The position numbers and the translations under genes are program-made. The notes under the pieces are model-generated. The model was given only the letters and a program-made list of their open reading frames with translations. It was not told the origin of the DNA and did no database searches. This document shows positions 21,096-30,974 of a DNA stretch of 64,000 nucleotides, piece after piece. The stretch comes from an uncultured Chloroflexia bacterium (lineage in GTDB: Bacteria > Chloroflexota > Limnocylindria > Limnocylindrales > CSP1-4). The stretch spans positions 64,001 to 128,000 of the forward strand of contig CAVXPZ010000003.1 in NCBI GenBank assembly GCA_963763775.1. The letters are read 5' to 3'. Positions within the stretch are counted from its first letter, which is position 1, and each line of letters opens with the position of its first letter.

Positions 21096-22000
21096 CGGGC
21101 GCTCGCGTGGGCCCGGGCGAGGGCCGGCGCGTAGTCGGCCATGGCGTCGGGCCACGGGCGCATCGGCTCGCCCGACGGCATCGGGGTCGGCGCGAGCACG
21201 CCCCAGCGCGGCGGCGTCGAAGCCCGGGCCCACGTCGTCGCGGGCACGTGCTCGACCTCGACCTTGAGCCCGAAGCGCCCGACGATGTATTCCGCCCACA
21301 GCGCGCGCGTCGCCGTCAGGCCGTTGACGAGGTGGTGGGTCCCGCCGACGGCATCCTCCGCGAGCAGCTCCACGATGGCGTCGGCGAGGTCCGCGGCATA
21401 GGTCGGGGTCCCCCACTCGTCCCCGACGACGCGCAGCGGCTCGCCGGCCGCAGCCGCGCGCTCCGCGGCCTCGACGATCTTGCGCGGGAAGTCGCGGCCG
21501 GGCGGCCCGAACAGCCACGCCGTTCGCGCGATGCCCAGCGTCGCCCTGGCGCCATGGGCGGCGAAGGCGTCGGTCGCGGCCCGCTCCCCGGCGAGCTTCG
21601 AGGCGCCGTACGGGTTCGGGGGCGAGGGGGCATCCGCCGGGCCGTAGCCGACGCCGTCCAGGCGCGAGCCGTCGAAGACCTCGTTGGTCGACACCACCAG
21701 GAGGTCCACGCCGCGCTCGGCGCAGGCCGTCGCCAGGACCCCGGTCGCGGTCCCGTTGCGCTGCATGGCGAGATCGGGCTCGCGGGCGCACCCGTCGACG
21801 TCGGTCCAGGCCGCGGCGTGGACGACCACTTCGGGGCGGTCCGACGCGAGCCGCGCGCCCACGGACGCCGGCGCGTCGAGATCGAAGGCGCGCCGGCCCC
21901 ACGCGATCGGCCCGAGCGGTCCGGTGAACGGCGCGTCGGCAAGCGCGGCGATGAGCGCCGACCCGAGACGGCCGGTCGCCCCGGTGACCGCGACCCGCAT
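21092..22000 (-). CDS. rfbD: dTDP-4-dehydrorhamnose reductase
   Basis: VTGATGRLG, HAAAWTDVDGC, STNEVFDG, YGASKLAGE, RTAWLFG, DEWGTPT. Confidence 0.92.
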   Translation of the reverse strand: MRVAVTGATGRLGSALIAALADAPFTGPLGPIAWGRRAFDLDAPASVGARLASDRPEVVVHAAAWTDVDGCAREPDLAMQRNGTATGVLATACAERGVDLLVVSTNEVFDGSRLDGVGYGPADAPSPPNPYGASKLAGERAATDAFAAHGARATLGIARTAWLFGPPGRDFPRKIVEAAERAAAAGEPLRVVGDEWGTPTYAADLADAIVELLAEDAVGGTHHLVNGLTATRALWAEYIVGRFGLKVEVEHVPATTWARASTPPRWGVLAPTPMPSGEPMRPWPDAMADYAPALARAHASAR

Positions 22001-22019
22001 CAGGCGACCGCCATGCGCA

Positions 22020-23069
22020 TCAGGAAGTGGCCCGGAACCGGGCGCCGTACTGTCGCTCGTAGTAGGCGTCCCAGTCGCCGGACTTCGCGGCTCGCCACCA
22101 CGGCTCGTTCGCGCGGTACCAGTCGACCGTGGCCGCAAGCCCGTCGGCGAACGCCGTCGTCGGGCGCCAACCGAGCCCGGCGATCTTCGCGCCGTCCATC
22201 GCGTAGCGGCGGTCGTGCCCGGCGCGGTCCTCGACGTGCCGGACCAGCGACCACGGCTTCCCGAGTCGATCGAGCAGGAGGGCGACGGTGTCGCGGTTCG
22301 CCATCTCGGTGCCGCCCGGCACGTTGTACGTCTCGCCGGCCGTCCCGCGACGGAGCACGGCATCCACGCCGGCGGCGTGGTCGGCGACGTACAACCAGTC
22401 GCGGCGCTGCAGGCCGTCGCCGTAGAGCGGGAGCGGCTGGTCGTCGATCGCGTTGGTGATGCAGAGCGGGATCAGCTTCTCCGGATGGTGGTACGGCCCG
22501 TACGTGTTCGACCCGCGGGTGACGACGGCGTCGAGCCCGTGGGTGATGACGTAGCTCCGGACCAGCAGCTCGCCGGCGGCCTTGGCCGCGGCATACGGGG
22601 AGCGCGGGGCGAGGACGTCGCCCTCCCGGGACTCGCCGGTCTCGACCGAGCCGTAGACCTCGTCGGTCGAGACCTGGAGATAGCGCGGGCGGCCGGGCGC
22701 CGTCCGGCAGGCCTCGAGCAGGACGTGGACACCGATGACGCCCGTGACGAGGAACGCCTCCGGGTCGAGGATGGACCGGTCGACGTGCGACTCGGCGGCG
22801 AAGTTGACCACGGCGTCCACGTCGGCGACCAGCGGCGCCACGACCGTGGCATCGGCGATGTCGCCGTGGACGAAGCGCAGCCGCGCCGCCTGCTCCGGAT
22901 CGGCGCGGACGGCGGCGAGGTTCGCCTCGTTCCCGGCGTAGGTCAGCTTGTCGAGGACGGTGATCTCGGTCCCGTCGCGGCGCGCCAGGACGTCGCGGAC
23001 GTAGCACGACCCGATGAACCCGGCTCCGCCGGTCACGAGCAGCCGACGGTAGGGCCGGTCGTCGGGCAC
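22020..23069 (-). CDS. rfbB: dTDP-glucose 4,6-dehydratase
   Basis: VTGGAGFIGS, DKLTYAGN, FAAESHVDRSI, STDEVYG, SPYAAAKA, PEKLIP, DRAGHDRRY. Confidence 0.96.
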   Translation of the reverse strand: MPDDRPYRRLLVTGGAGFIGSCYVRDVLARRDGTEITVLDKLTYAGNEANLAAVRADPEQAARLRFVHGDIADATVVAPLVADVDAVVNFAAESHVDRSILDPEAFLVTGVIGVHVLLEACRTAPGRPRYLQVSTDEVYGSVETGESREGDVLAPRSPYAAAKAAGELLVRSYVITHGLDAVVTRGSNTYGPYHHPEKLIPLCITNAIDDQPLPLYGDGLQRRDWLYVADHAAGVDAVLRRGTAGETYNVPGGTEMANRDTVALLLDRLGKPWSLVRHVEDRAGHDRRYAMDGAKIAGLGWRPTTAFADGLAATVDWYRANEPWWRAAKSGDWDAYYERQYGARFRATS

Positions 23070-23077
23070 GGCGGCGG

Positions 23078-23839
23078 TCAGGGTGCGGGCCGTTCGATCG
23101 GCGGGGCCAGGCGGCCCGCGGTGTCGTCGTCGTGGGCCAGCTCGGAGGCCCGCAGGAGCGACGGGACCGTGCCGGCATCGGTCCAGTGGCCGTCGTAGAC
23201 GCGCGTGAAGAGCCGCCCACCCGGGATGTAGGCGTTGAGCACGTCGGTGATCTCGAACTCGCCTCGGCCGGACGGGGCGAGGCGCTCGATCACGCCGAAC
23301 GCATCCGGGCGGAGGAAGTACACGCCGATCGGGATCAGGTCGCTCTTGGGGGCGACCGGCTTCTCCTCGAAGCCGATGACGCGGCCGTCCGCGTCGAACT
23401 CGGCGACGCCGAACCGCTCCGGGTCCGGGACGCGGTACAGGAGCGTGCCGGCGTCGTACGTCCCAGCGTCGAAGTCGGCGGCGACGCCGGCGAGGGACGG
23501 GCCGCGCAGGATGTTGTCGCCGAGGATGCAGCAGAACGAGTCGTCACCCACGAAGTCGCGGGCGAGGCCGATCGCGTGGGCGATCCCGAGGGCGCCGCGT
23601 TGATAGCGGTACGTGAGGTCGAGCCCGAAGTGCGAGCCGTCCGCGAGCAGCTCGACGACATCGCCGACGCTCTTGCCGCCGACCACGATCATGACCTCGC
23701 GGATCCCCATGCCCGCGAGGGTCTCGATCGGGTAATAGATCATCGGGCGGTCGTAGATCGGGAGCAGGTGCTTGTTCGTGACGATCGTCAGCGGGTAGAG
23801 CCGGGTCGCCGTGCCGCCGGCGAGGACGATGCCCTTCAT
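23078..23839 (-). CDS. rfbA: Glucose-1-phosphate thymidylyltransferase
   Basis: MKGIVLAGGTATRLYPLT, NKHLLPIYDRPMIYYP, LGDNI, EEKP, PSGRGEFEITD, WTDAGT. Confidence 0.95.
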   Translation of the reverse strand: MKGIVLAGGTATRLYPLTIVTNKHLLPIYDRPMIYYPIETLAGMGIREVMIVVGGKSVGDVVELLADGSHFGLDLTYRYQRGALGIAHAIGLARDFVGDDSFCCILGDNILRGPSLAGVAADFDAGTYDAGTLLYRVPDPERFGVAEFDADGRVIGFEEKPVAPKSDLIPIGVYFLRPDAFGVIERLAPSGRGEFEITDVLNAYIPGGRLFTRVYDGHWTDAGTVPSLLRASELAHDDDTAGRLAPPIERPAP

Positions 23840-23891
23840 CGCGGGCAAGCGTAGCAGGGGCGACCGGCCGTGGACGCGGTCCGGGTCCGAG

Positions 23892-24866
23892 TCAGGGCTT
23901 CGCGGTCGCCTTCGGTGAGCCCGTCGGCGCCGCCGTCCCCGTGTAGCACGGCTGCTCGCCCGCGGGGAGCGTCCCACTGTGGCCGCTGCAGTCGACCGGC
24001 TGCTGGTCGACCGGCGGCAGCCCGCCCTGGTAGTCGAGGACCACCAGCACGTACTCGAGCTTGTCGAGGTCGGCCGTCGGCTGCAGGAAGGCGGTCTGGA
24101 CCACGTCGTTCGCGTCGCGCTTCACGTCGACCACCTGGCCGATCAGGAGGCCCTTGGGATAGGGCGACCGGATCCCGCTCGCGAGCTCGATGCCGGCCGT
24201 GACGACCTCGTCGCCGAGGCCGATCCGCTCGCCGGCGTCGATCTGGTTCATGACCAGCACGCCGCCCAGCTGGCCGACGACCTCGCCGGTCGCGGCGGTC
24301 GGCACGAGCTGGCCGATGACCGTCGATTCCGAGTCGGTGAGGAGCACGACGGTCGCGCTGTCGGGACCCACGTCGGTGACGCGCCCGGCGAGGGCGCCAC
24401 CCGAGGCCACGACCACGTCACCCACGGCGATGCCGCTGTTCGTGCCCTTGTCGAGCGTCACGGTCCGCCGGAACTCCGACGATTCGCGGCCGATCACGGT
24501 CGCGGCCGCCGTCTTGAACTCGATGCCGCTCCGGACCTGCAGGAGCCCGGTGAGCAGGTCGTTCTCGCGCTTGAGCTCGTCGAGACGGGCGTTGTCGGAC
24601 TCGAGACGGGCGTTGGAATCGCGAAGGGCGGCGTTGTCGGTCCGGAGCCGGTCGATCTCGGTGATCGCCGTCGCGACGGAGGCGACGCCGCCGGCGACCT
24701 GGTCGAGCGCGCCCTGGATCGGGCGGAACGCGAATCCGATGCCGTTCTGGACGTCCTTCACCGCGGGGTTCGAGCTGAAGGCCATCATCAGCAAGGTCAT
24801 CACGATGAGGACGGTGAAGACGATGCCGCGCCGTCGGGCGTTGCGGTCGGCGAGCAGGGAGGTCAT
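23892..24866 (-). CDS. mreC: Rod shape-determining protein MreC
   Basis: N-terminal TM helix, coiled coil (LKRENDLL), TLDKGT..GI..GD.V, GRV, GDEVVTAG, YPKGLLIG; directly after mreB. Confidence 0.93.
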   Translation of the reverse strand: MTSLLADRNARRRGIVFTVLIVMTLLMMAFSSNPAVKDVQNGIGFAFRPIQGALDQVAGGVASVATAITEIDRLRTDNAALRDSNARLESDNARLDELKRENDLLTGLLQVRSGIEFKTAAATVIGRESSEFRRTVTLDKGTNSGIAVGDVVVASGGALAGRVTDVGPDSATVVLLTDSESTVIGQLVPTAATGEVVGQLGGVLVMNQIDAGERIGLGDEVVTAGIELASGIRSPYPKGLLIGQVVDVKRDANDVVQTAFLQPTADLDKLEYVLVVLDYQGGLPPVDQQPVDCSGHSGTLPAGEQPCYTGTAAPTGSPKATAKP

Positions 24867-24891
24867 CGGCGGCGTCCCGGTTGGCTGGTCG

Positions 24892-25944
24892 TCAGCGCGG
24901 CGGCCGCGAGTAGGTCTCTGCGACGAGCACGCGGTCCATCGCGTCGAGCTCCTCGAGCACCACCCCGGTCCCGCGGGCGACGCAGGTCAGCGGGTCGTCG
25001 GCCACGTGCACCGGCATCTGGGTCGCCTCGGCCACGCGGCGGTCGAGGCCGGCCAGGAGCGCGCCGCCACCGGCGAGCACGATCCCCTGGTCCATGATGT
25101 CGGCGACGAGCTCCGGCGGCGTCTCCTCGATCGTGTCCTTCACGGTGTCGACGATCTGGGCGACCGACGGCTCGATGGCCTCGCGGATCTGGTCCGCCCC
25201 GACTTCGACGCTGCGCGGCAGGCCGGTCAGGAGGTCGCGACCACGGAGCGTGACGCGCTGCGCATCCCACTCGCCGGGGTAGGCGGAGCCGATCGCGATC
25301 TTGATGTCTTCCGCGGTCCGCTCGCCGAGGAACAGGTTGTACTCGCGGCGCGCGAACGTGACGATGTCCTGGTCCATCTCGTCGCCGCCGATCCGGATGG
25401 ATCGCGAGACCACGATGCCGCCGAGGCTCAGGACCGCCACTTCCGTCGTGCCGCCGCCGATGTCGACGATGAGGCTGCCCGACGGCTCGCTGACCGGCAG
25501 GCCGGCGCCGATCGCGGCGGCCATGGGCTCCTCGATCAGGCGGGCCCAGCGGGCGCCGGCGTTCAGCGCGGCATCCCGGACCGCCCGCTTCTCGACCTCG
25601 GTGACGCCCGACGGGATGCCGAGCAGCATCCGTGGCCGCGGGATCAGGCCGACCCGGTCGTGGACCCGGTTCACGAAGTACTTGAGCATCTGCTCGGTGA
25701 CGTCGAAGTCGCTGATGACCCCGTCGCGCAGCGGCCGGACCGCGATGATGTTCGCCGGGGTTCGGCCGACCATCCGCTTGGCTTCGGCGCCGATCGCCAG
25801 CACGCGCTTGGTCTTCGCGTCGATGGCGACGACGGACGGCTCGCTCATGACGATGCCGCGGTCGCGGACGTGGACGAGCGTGTTGGCAGTGCCGAGGTCG
25901 ATCCCGATGTCGCGGGAGAAGAGGCCGAGGATCCGGTCAAGCAT
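24892..25944 (-). CDS. mreB: Rod shape-determining protein MreB
   Basis: IGIDLGTANTLV, EPSVVA, RPLRDGVI, EEPMAAAIGAG, VDIGGGTTEVA, LAGGGALL. Confidence 0.98.
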   Translation of the reverse strand: MLDRILGLFSRDIGIDLGTANTLVHVRDRGIVMSEPSVVAIDAKTKRVLAIGAEAKRMVGRTPANIIAVRPLRDGVISDFDVTEQMLKYFVNRVHDRVGLIPRPRMLLGIPSGVTEVEKRAVRDAALNAGARWARLIEEPMAAAIGAGLPVSEPSGSLIVDIGGGTTEVAVLSLGGIVVSRSIRIGGDEMDQDIVTFARREYNLFLGERTAEDIKIAIGSAYPGEWDAQRVTLRGRDLLTGLPRSVEVGADQIREAIEPSVAQIVDTVKDTIEETPPELVADIMDQGIVLAGGGALLAGLDRRVAEATQMPVHVADDPLTCVARGTGVVLEELDAMDRVLVAETYSRPPR

Positions 25945-26182
25945 GATGGGGGGCGCGTCCTTCGTCGTGTCATCGATCGCGGCGCAGAGGCCGCCGGCCG
26001 GTGGCGGGTCGCGCGGGGATCGTCGGTCGTTCCGGGCGGGCTCGTGCGAGCGGGGTCGTGTGCGGGAAAGCCCGGGCAGTATACCCGCTCACCCCGCGAG
26101 GCCCGGGAACCCTCCGGTCGCCCGGCCGTCTGCGGTGCGTGTGCGCACCATCCGGCCGTGGTCGCGAGGCGGACGGACGCCG

Positions 26183-26914
26183 CTAGGTCCTTGAGTCGGG
26201 ACGGTCGAAGGCCACGCCCCGATCCCGGAGGGACACGAACGCATCGTGACCGATCACCAGGTGGTCGAGCAGCTGGATGTCGAGGAGTCGGCCGGCGGCG
26301 AGGGCCTCGGCCGTGAGGTGCAGGTCGTCGGGCGACGGCGTCGGATCCCCGGATGGATGGTTGTGGGCGAGGATGATCCCCGCCGCGTCGAGCCGGACCG
26401 CGTCGCGATAGAGCTCGCCGACGCGAACGAGGGACGCGCTGACGTTCCCCTGGTACACGGTCGAGACGCGCAGCACGTGGTTCTTCGTGTCCAGGAGGAC
26501 GACGCGGAGCTCCTCTCGCTCGAGCCGCCCCATCTGCAGGATCAGCCGGTCGGCGACGTCGCGCGGGCCGCGGATGGCCCACCGGCCGGACGGCCAGTCG
26601 GCGAGGAGTCGCCGCCCGAGCTCGAACGCGGCGAGCAGCTGGGCGGCCCGAGCCTCGCCGATGCCGGCGTGGCCCGCCAGCTCGAGGTCCGTGGCCCGCG
26701 CCAGGCCCGTGAGGCCGTCGTACCGGGCCAGGACGTCCGCGGCGAGGTCGACGGCGGACCGGCCACGAGTCCCGGAGCCCCAGACGAGGGCCAGCAACTC
26801 CGCTGCGGTCAGACCGCCGACCCCTCGCAGCGCGAGTCGCTCGCGGGGCCGTTCCGACACGGGCAGCTCGCGGATGGCTCGCCCGGCGGGCGGTCGCGGC
26901 GTCGAGACGTCCAC
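26183..26914 (-). CDS. radC: RadC (UPF0758) JAB-domain protein
   Basis: ERPRERL, AELLA, HhH GIGEARA, AHNHPSGDPTPSPDD, LLDHLVIG; GGAGG RBS; radC-mreB-mreC synteny. Confidence 0.94.
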   Translation of the reverse strand: MDVSTPRPPAGRAIRELPVSERPRERLALRGVGGLTAAELLALVWGSGTRGRSAVDLAADVLARYDGLTGLARATDLELAGHAGIGEARAAQLLAAFELGRRLLADWPSGRWAIRGPRDVADRLILQMGRLEREELRVVLLDTKNHVLRVSTVYQGNVSASLVRVGELYRDAVRLDAAGIILAHNHPSGDPTPSPDDLHLTAEALAAGRLLDIQLLDHLVIGHDAFVSLRDRGVAFDRPDSRT

Positions 26915-27077
26915 CGAGGATCCTCCGAGGGGCGGGCCGGGGCTGGAGGCGTCCCCGGGCCCGGACGACGGGAGCCCGCCAATTCCCCCCGCCATCCGGA
27001 CCTCGAGGACGACGCAGAGCCTACGGACGGGCCCTCACCGGCGGCTCATCGGGAGCTTCGCCGCGGATCGACCGGCG

Positions 27078-28172
27078 TCAGCTCGCGCGGATCGCGATCT
27101 CGCCGGCGATCAGGAGGATCGCGTTGAAGGCCATGTGCAGGCCGATCGGCGCCCACAACGACCCGCGTCGCAGGTACAGCCATCCGAGCGCGAACGCGAT
27201 CGGGAGCCGCGTCGCGAACCCGACGACCGCCAGGCCGAACGCCTCCCCGGCCGATGACCCGGACACGGTGAGCACGTGGGCGAGGGCGAAGATGATGGCC
27301 GCCTGCGCGACGCCACGCAGCGGGCCGTAGACCCGGACCCAGGCCGTCGTCGCCAGGCCGCGGAACATCAGCTCCTCGCCGAACGGGGCGATGATCGCGC
27401 CCGCCAGGAACTGGAGGGCGAACCCGGTCGATTCGCCGGTCGGGGGGAGCGGGCTGGTCGGCGTCACGTGCAACGCGTTCACGAGGACCGCCGAGATCGG
27501 GATCGTCACGACGATCACCGGGATCGCCCACAGGGCCCCGGCGCCGATCTCCGCGAGCGCGCGGCCCCCGAGGCGCGTGAGCCCCATGTCGGCCCACGAC
27601 AGCGCCTGCGTGTCGACGACCAGCAACCGGATCAACGCCACGTAGACCAGCGTCTGTACGACGACCGAGGCGAGCTGGCCGACCGGGCCGTCGACTTCGA
27701 CCCCGATCGCGACCAGCGGGATCGCGACGAGGACGATCGCGACGAGCGAGACCGGGATCGATGTCACGAACACAAGAAGGGGAGATGGGCCCTGGTAGAA
27801 GGGCACCCCACGGGCGCGCCGCTCGATCCCCTGCGACCCCGCCCCGGCGATGAGCCCGATCGAGAGCACCACGAGACCGGTGACGAGGACGAACGGAGCG
27901 ATGGCGCCCTGGGCCATGGCGCCGATCAGGACGATCCCCAGCCCCATGATCGTGGCGAGCCAGCCGACGACGAAGAGGGCCGGTGCGGCGCGACCGTCGA
28001 TGGTGAACGTGGACGCGCCGGGGCGGGTCGTTCCGTTCGGCGGGAACGCCGCCGGCGCCGACGTCAGGGCCGTCTGGGCCGGGTCGGCGTCGGCCTCGGG
28101 GACGGGGGCCGGATCCGGGTCGGGAGCGTTGTCGGAAGCGTGGCCCGTGTCGTCGGGGCCGAGCGAGGTCAA
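27078..28172 (-). CDS. CPBP family intramembrane metalloprotease (CAAX/Abi)
   Basis: APFGEELMFRG, FALAH, IGLHMAFN; multiple TM segments; TTGA overlap with upstream gene. Confidence 0.9.
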   Translation of the reverse strand: MTSLGPDDTGHASDNAPDPDPAPVPEADADPAQTALTSAPAAFPPNGTTRPGASTFTIDGRAAPALFVVGWLATIMGLGIVLIGAMAQGAIAPFVLVTGLVVLSIGLIAGAGSQGIERRARGVPFYQGPSPLLVFVTSIPVSLVAIVLVAIPLVAIGVEVDGPVGQLASVVVQTLVYVALIRLLVVDTQALSWADMGLTRLGGRALAEIGAGALWAIPVIVVTIPISAVLVNALHVTPTSPLPPTGESTGFALQFLAGAIIAPFGEELMFRGLATTAWVRVYGPLRGVAQAAIIFALAHVLTVSGSSAGEAFGLAVVGFATRLPIAFALGWLYLRRGSLWAPIGLHMAFNAILLIAGEIAIRAS

Positions 28173-28819
28173 CGCTCCGGCAGCGGGTCCTGTGCCGCGG
28201 TCTTGCGGCCGCTGCCCTGGGGCGCGGCGGGCGTCCGGGTCGAGCTGCGAAGCTGCGCCGGCGCGCTGCCGGACGAGGCCACCCGGCCGGTCGTCTCACG
28301 CCGGGTCGTCGGCGACTCGATGGCCGCTGCGGGCACTTCGCGCCGCTCGAAGTCCTTGCCGCACCACGCGCAGAGGGACCAGTCCATGCCGACGAGGCGG
28401 CTGCAATTCGGGCAGACCCGGTTCAGGCGCGTCCGGCAGGTCGGACAGATGATCCAGTCGTCGTTGATGCGCCGCTCGCACCCCGGGCAGTGGTGGATCG
28501 ACTCGACTTCCGCCAGGAGGGCTTCCTCGGCCAGGTTGCGCTCCCAGACCTCGCCGATCTTCTCGTGCGGCCGGATGATCTTGTAGACCCAGACCGCGAG
28601 GATGAAGAAGACGGGCGTGAACAGGATGATCCCGGCGGCGACGAGGTACGGCAGGATCACGTTGTCGGATCGCTGCTGCATGTCGCGGAAGGCCCAGTAG
28701 GCCGAAGCCAGCCAGAGGACGACCAGGTAGATCCCGATCATCCGGACCCCGAACTGGACGATCGGGCTGCCGACGACGCCGCCGACGGTATCCCCGATCT
28801 GGTTGAGGATGTCTTCCAT
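28169..28819 (-). CDS. Membrane protein with double zinc ribbon
   Basis: 2 TM segments, then CPGC, CPTC, CPNC, CAWC. Confidence 0.85.
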   Translation of the reverse strand: MEDILNQIGDTVGGVVGSPIVQFGVRMIGIYLVVLWLASAYWAFRDMQQRSDNVILPYLVAAGIILFTPVFFILAVWVYKIIRPHEKIGEVWERNLAEEALLAEVESIHHCPGCERRINDDWIICPTCRTRLNRVCPNCSRLVGMDWSLCAWCGKDFERREVPAAAIESPTTRRETTGRVASSGSAPAQLRSSTRTPAAPQGSGRKTAAQDPLPER

Positions 28820-28986
28820 GCCCCTGGACGGGTGCCTCCGTGCGGCGTCAGCGGGTCATCTGACCGGTGCGGCAGGGCCGCGGACGACGTCCGGCGCAGT
28901 GTAGCAGCGTCGGCGAAGGACCTCGGTCAAGCGCGGACGACGTCCTGGACGCCGCCATCGAGCCCGCTGGCGGGCTCGTTCCGAGC

Positions 28987-29940
28987 TCAGACGCTCGGCT
29001 CCCCCGGGTCGTGACGCGTGTGCCAGTCCGCGACGACGCCCGTGACGACGAGCACGATCGAGCCGATCAGCGTCAGGACGACGCCGATCTGCCCACCGAG
29101 CGGGCCGACGGCGTATGGCCAGGTCAGGCCGAGCGCGAACACGCCGAGGGCGAGGGCGGCCATGCCGCGCGAGATCCACGTCGGGACGCGGGTCGGGACG
29201 ACCGCGAGCGCGAGGATCACCAGCGCCCACGCGAGGACGAACACGTGACCCGGCCCGGCGAGCCCCCAGGAGTCGAAGTAGCCGAGACCGCTCGAGCCGA
29301 TCACGCTCCTCGACCAGGGCAGGAGCATCGCGATGGCGACGATCCCGGCGCCGAGCGCGGCGGCCCATTCGAGGCCCGCTTCGATCCGTTCGTGGTCCCA
29401 CGCGATGGCCAGGCGACCCGTGGACGACGCGGTCGCCGTCGGGTCGGCCGCTGCGGATGCGGCCCCGGGGGCGCCGGCTCCGCCGGATGTCGCGGCCGCG
29501 GCGGCCATGGCCGGGACGCCCGTCGTCGGGGTCGTGGGGCCCGGGGCGCCACCGGCGAAGGCGCCGGCCGTGGCCGGCGTGAACGCCCGGGTCACGGATC
29601 GCACCACGGTCGTCGGTACGAGGGTGAGCGCGGCCGCGGTCCGTTGGGCCGGCGGTCGCGGCGCGGAGGACCGTGCCGGGGACGGCCGCGGCAGGCGAGG
29701 CCGCAGGATCGGCGTCGTGTCCGCCGACGCGGCCGCGGGACCCGGCGTCGACGCGGCGGCGACGTGCCCGTCGTCGGCGGGGTCGCCGCCCACCGGGACG
29801 CTCGCGACCATGGGTGATGCCGCGTGACGGACGCCGCCGGCTACCGACGCCAGCAGGGTCCCGCACGACGGGCACGACAGGCGGCCGTGCGGCACGGCCT
29901 CGCCGCAGTCGGTGCACCTGATCTTGCGGGTCGTCGACAT
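28987..29940 (-). CDS. Hypothetical protein with N-terminal zinc ribbon, low-complexity linker and C-terminal TM domain
   Basis: CTDC...CPSC; GAGGTG RBS; about 4 TM segments at the C-terminus. Confidence 0.75.
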   Translation of the reverse strand: MSTTRKIRCTDCGEAVPHGRLSCPSCGTLLASVAGGVRHAASPMVASVPVGGDPADDGHVAAASTPGPAAASADTTPILRPRLPRPSPARSSAPRPPAQRTAAALTLVPTTVVRSVTRAFTPATAGAFAGGAPGPTTPTTGVPAMAAAAATSGGAGAPGAASAAADPTATASSTGRLAIAWDHERIEAGLEWAAALGAGIVAIAMLLPWSRSVIGSSGLGYFDSWGLAGPGHVFVLAWALVILALAVVPTRVPTWISRGMAALALGVFALGLTWPYAVGPLGGQIGVVLTLIGSIVLVVTGVVADWHTRHDPGEPSV

Positions 29941-29981
29941 CCGGTCACCTCGCGTCCCGCCCGACGGGTCGACGGGCGAGG

Positions 29982-30974
29982 TTAGAGGGTGCCAGAGGAC
30001 TCGGCGCCCTTCCAGTCCCCCGGTCGGCCGGTGGCGGACCCCCCGAACGTCCCCCTCGCCGCCGGGACCATGGCGACCGTCCAGACCGCCTGGCGCCACG
30101 CGCACACCGCGCCGGTGAGCGTCAACCCGCCGGCCCACAGCCCCAGGAAGAGGGCCAGCGACACGGCGACCGCGACCGGGTCCGACCCGTTCGCGAGCGA
30201 CGTCCGAAGCCCGGTCCAGGTGACCGTGGCCGCGGCAGCCACCGGCACCAGCACGAGGAGCAGCACGATCGCGGGCAGCCCGTAGAGGACCGCCGCCCGC
30301 ACGGGATGGCGGACCGCGTCACGGATGGCGCCGAGCAGGCCACGGAGGATCGACGGGTCCCGCAGCACGACCCGTCGCGTCGCGAGCGCGGAGATCACCT
30401 CGCTGATGACCCATGCGACCAGGACGACCAGGATCGCATCGGGGACCGCCTCGAGGACCCGCCAGGCGATCGGGACGTCCGTTGCGCTGGGGAGGGTCAG
30501 CTCGGCATAGGTGACGGCCACGATCTGCGTCGTGCCGTAGATGAGCGCGGCGGCCAGCGGCGCGAGGGCGAAGATCCGCACGGCGAGGACCCGCAACGTC
30601 CGGCCGCGCGGGACGGCCAGCCGGGAGCTCGGTCGATCGACGGGCCACACCTCGTCGTCCTCGACGACGATGGACATGAGCTCGACCTCGATGGCCGCTG
30701 CCGCCAGACCGCCGCCGACGATCCAGGCCACAGCCGCCACAGCGCCGCCGAGCATCAGCAGGATGAGGCCGAGGGTCAGCCCGCCGAACACGAACGCCAC
30801 GACCGTCGGCCCGAAGGCATTCGCGAGGCCGACCGGTGTGGGCAGGATGAGGATCGGGACCAGGAACCACACGATCCCGCCGCGCACGAGGAACGAGGCG
30901 AGCGCCAGGAGCCAGGCCGTCGGACGGGTGAGGACGACCAGGAGCGAGGTCCCGAGGATCGCCCCCAGGGTCAC
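29982..30974 (-). CDS. Hypothetical polytopic membrane protein
   Basis: GTG at 30974 overlapping the UPF0182 stop; long hydrophobic segments (VTLGAILGTSLLVV...). Confidence 0.72.
   Translation of the reverse strand: MTLGAILGTSLLVVLTRPTAWLLALASFLVRGGIVWFLVPILILPTPVGLANAFGPTVVAFVFGGLTLGLILLMLGGAVAAVAWIVGGGLAAAAIEVELMSIVVEDDEVWPVDRPSSRLAVPRGRTLRVLAVRIFALAPLAAALIYGTTQIVAVTYAELTLPSATDVPIAWRVLEAVPDAILVVLVAWVISEVISALATRRVVLRDPSILRGLLGAIRDAVRHPVRAAVLYGLPAIVLLLVLVPVAAAATVTWTGLRTSLANGSDPVAVAVSLALFLGLWAGGLTLTGAVCAWRQAVWTVAMVPAARGTFGGSATGRPGDWKGAESSGTL

Noticed and set aside
26183-26914. radC as a marker of a mobile element or defence island
   Set aside because: Full-length chromosomal form in the usual radC-mreBC context, with no integrase or att sites.
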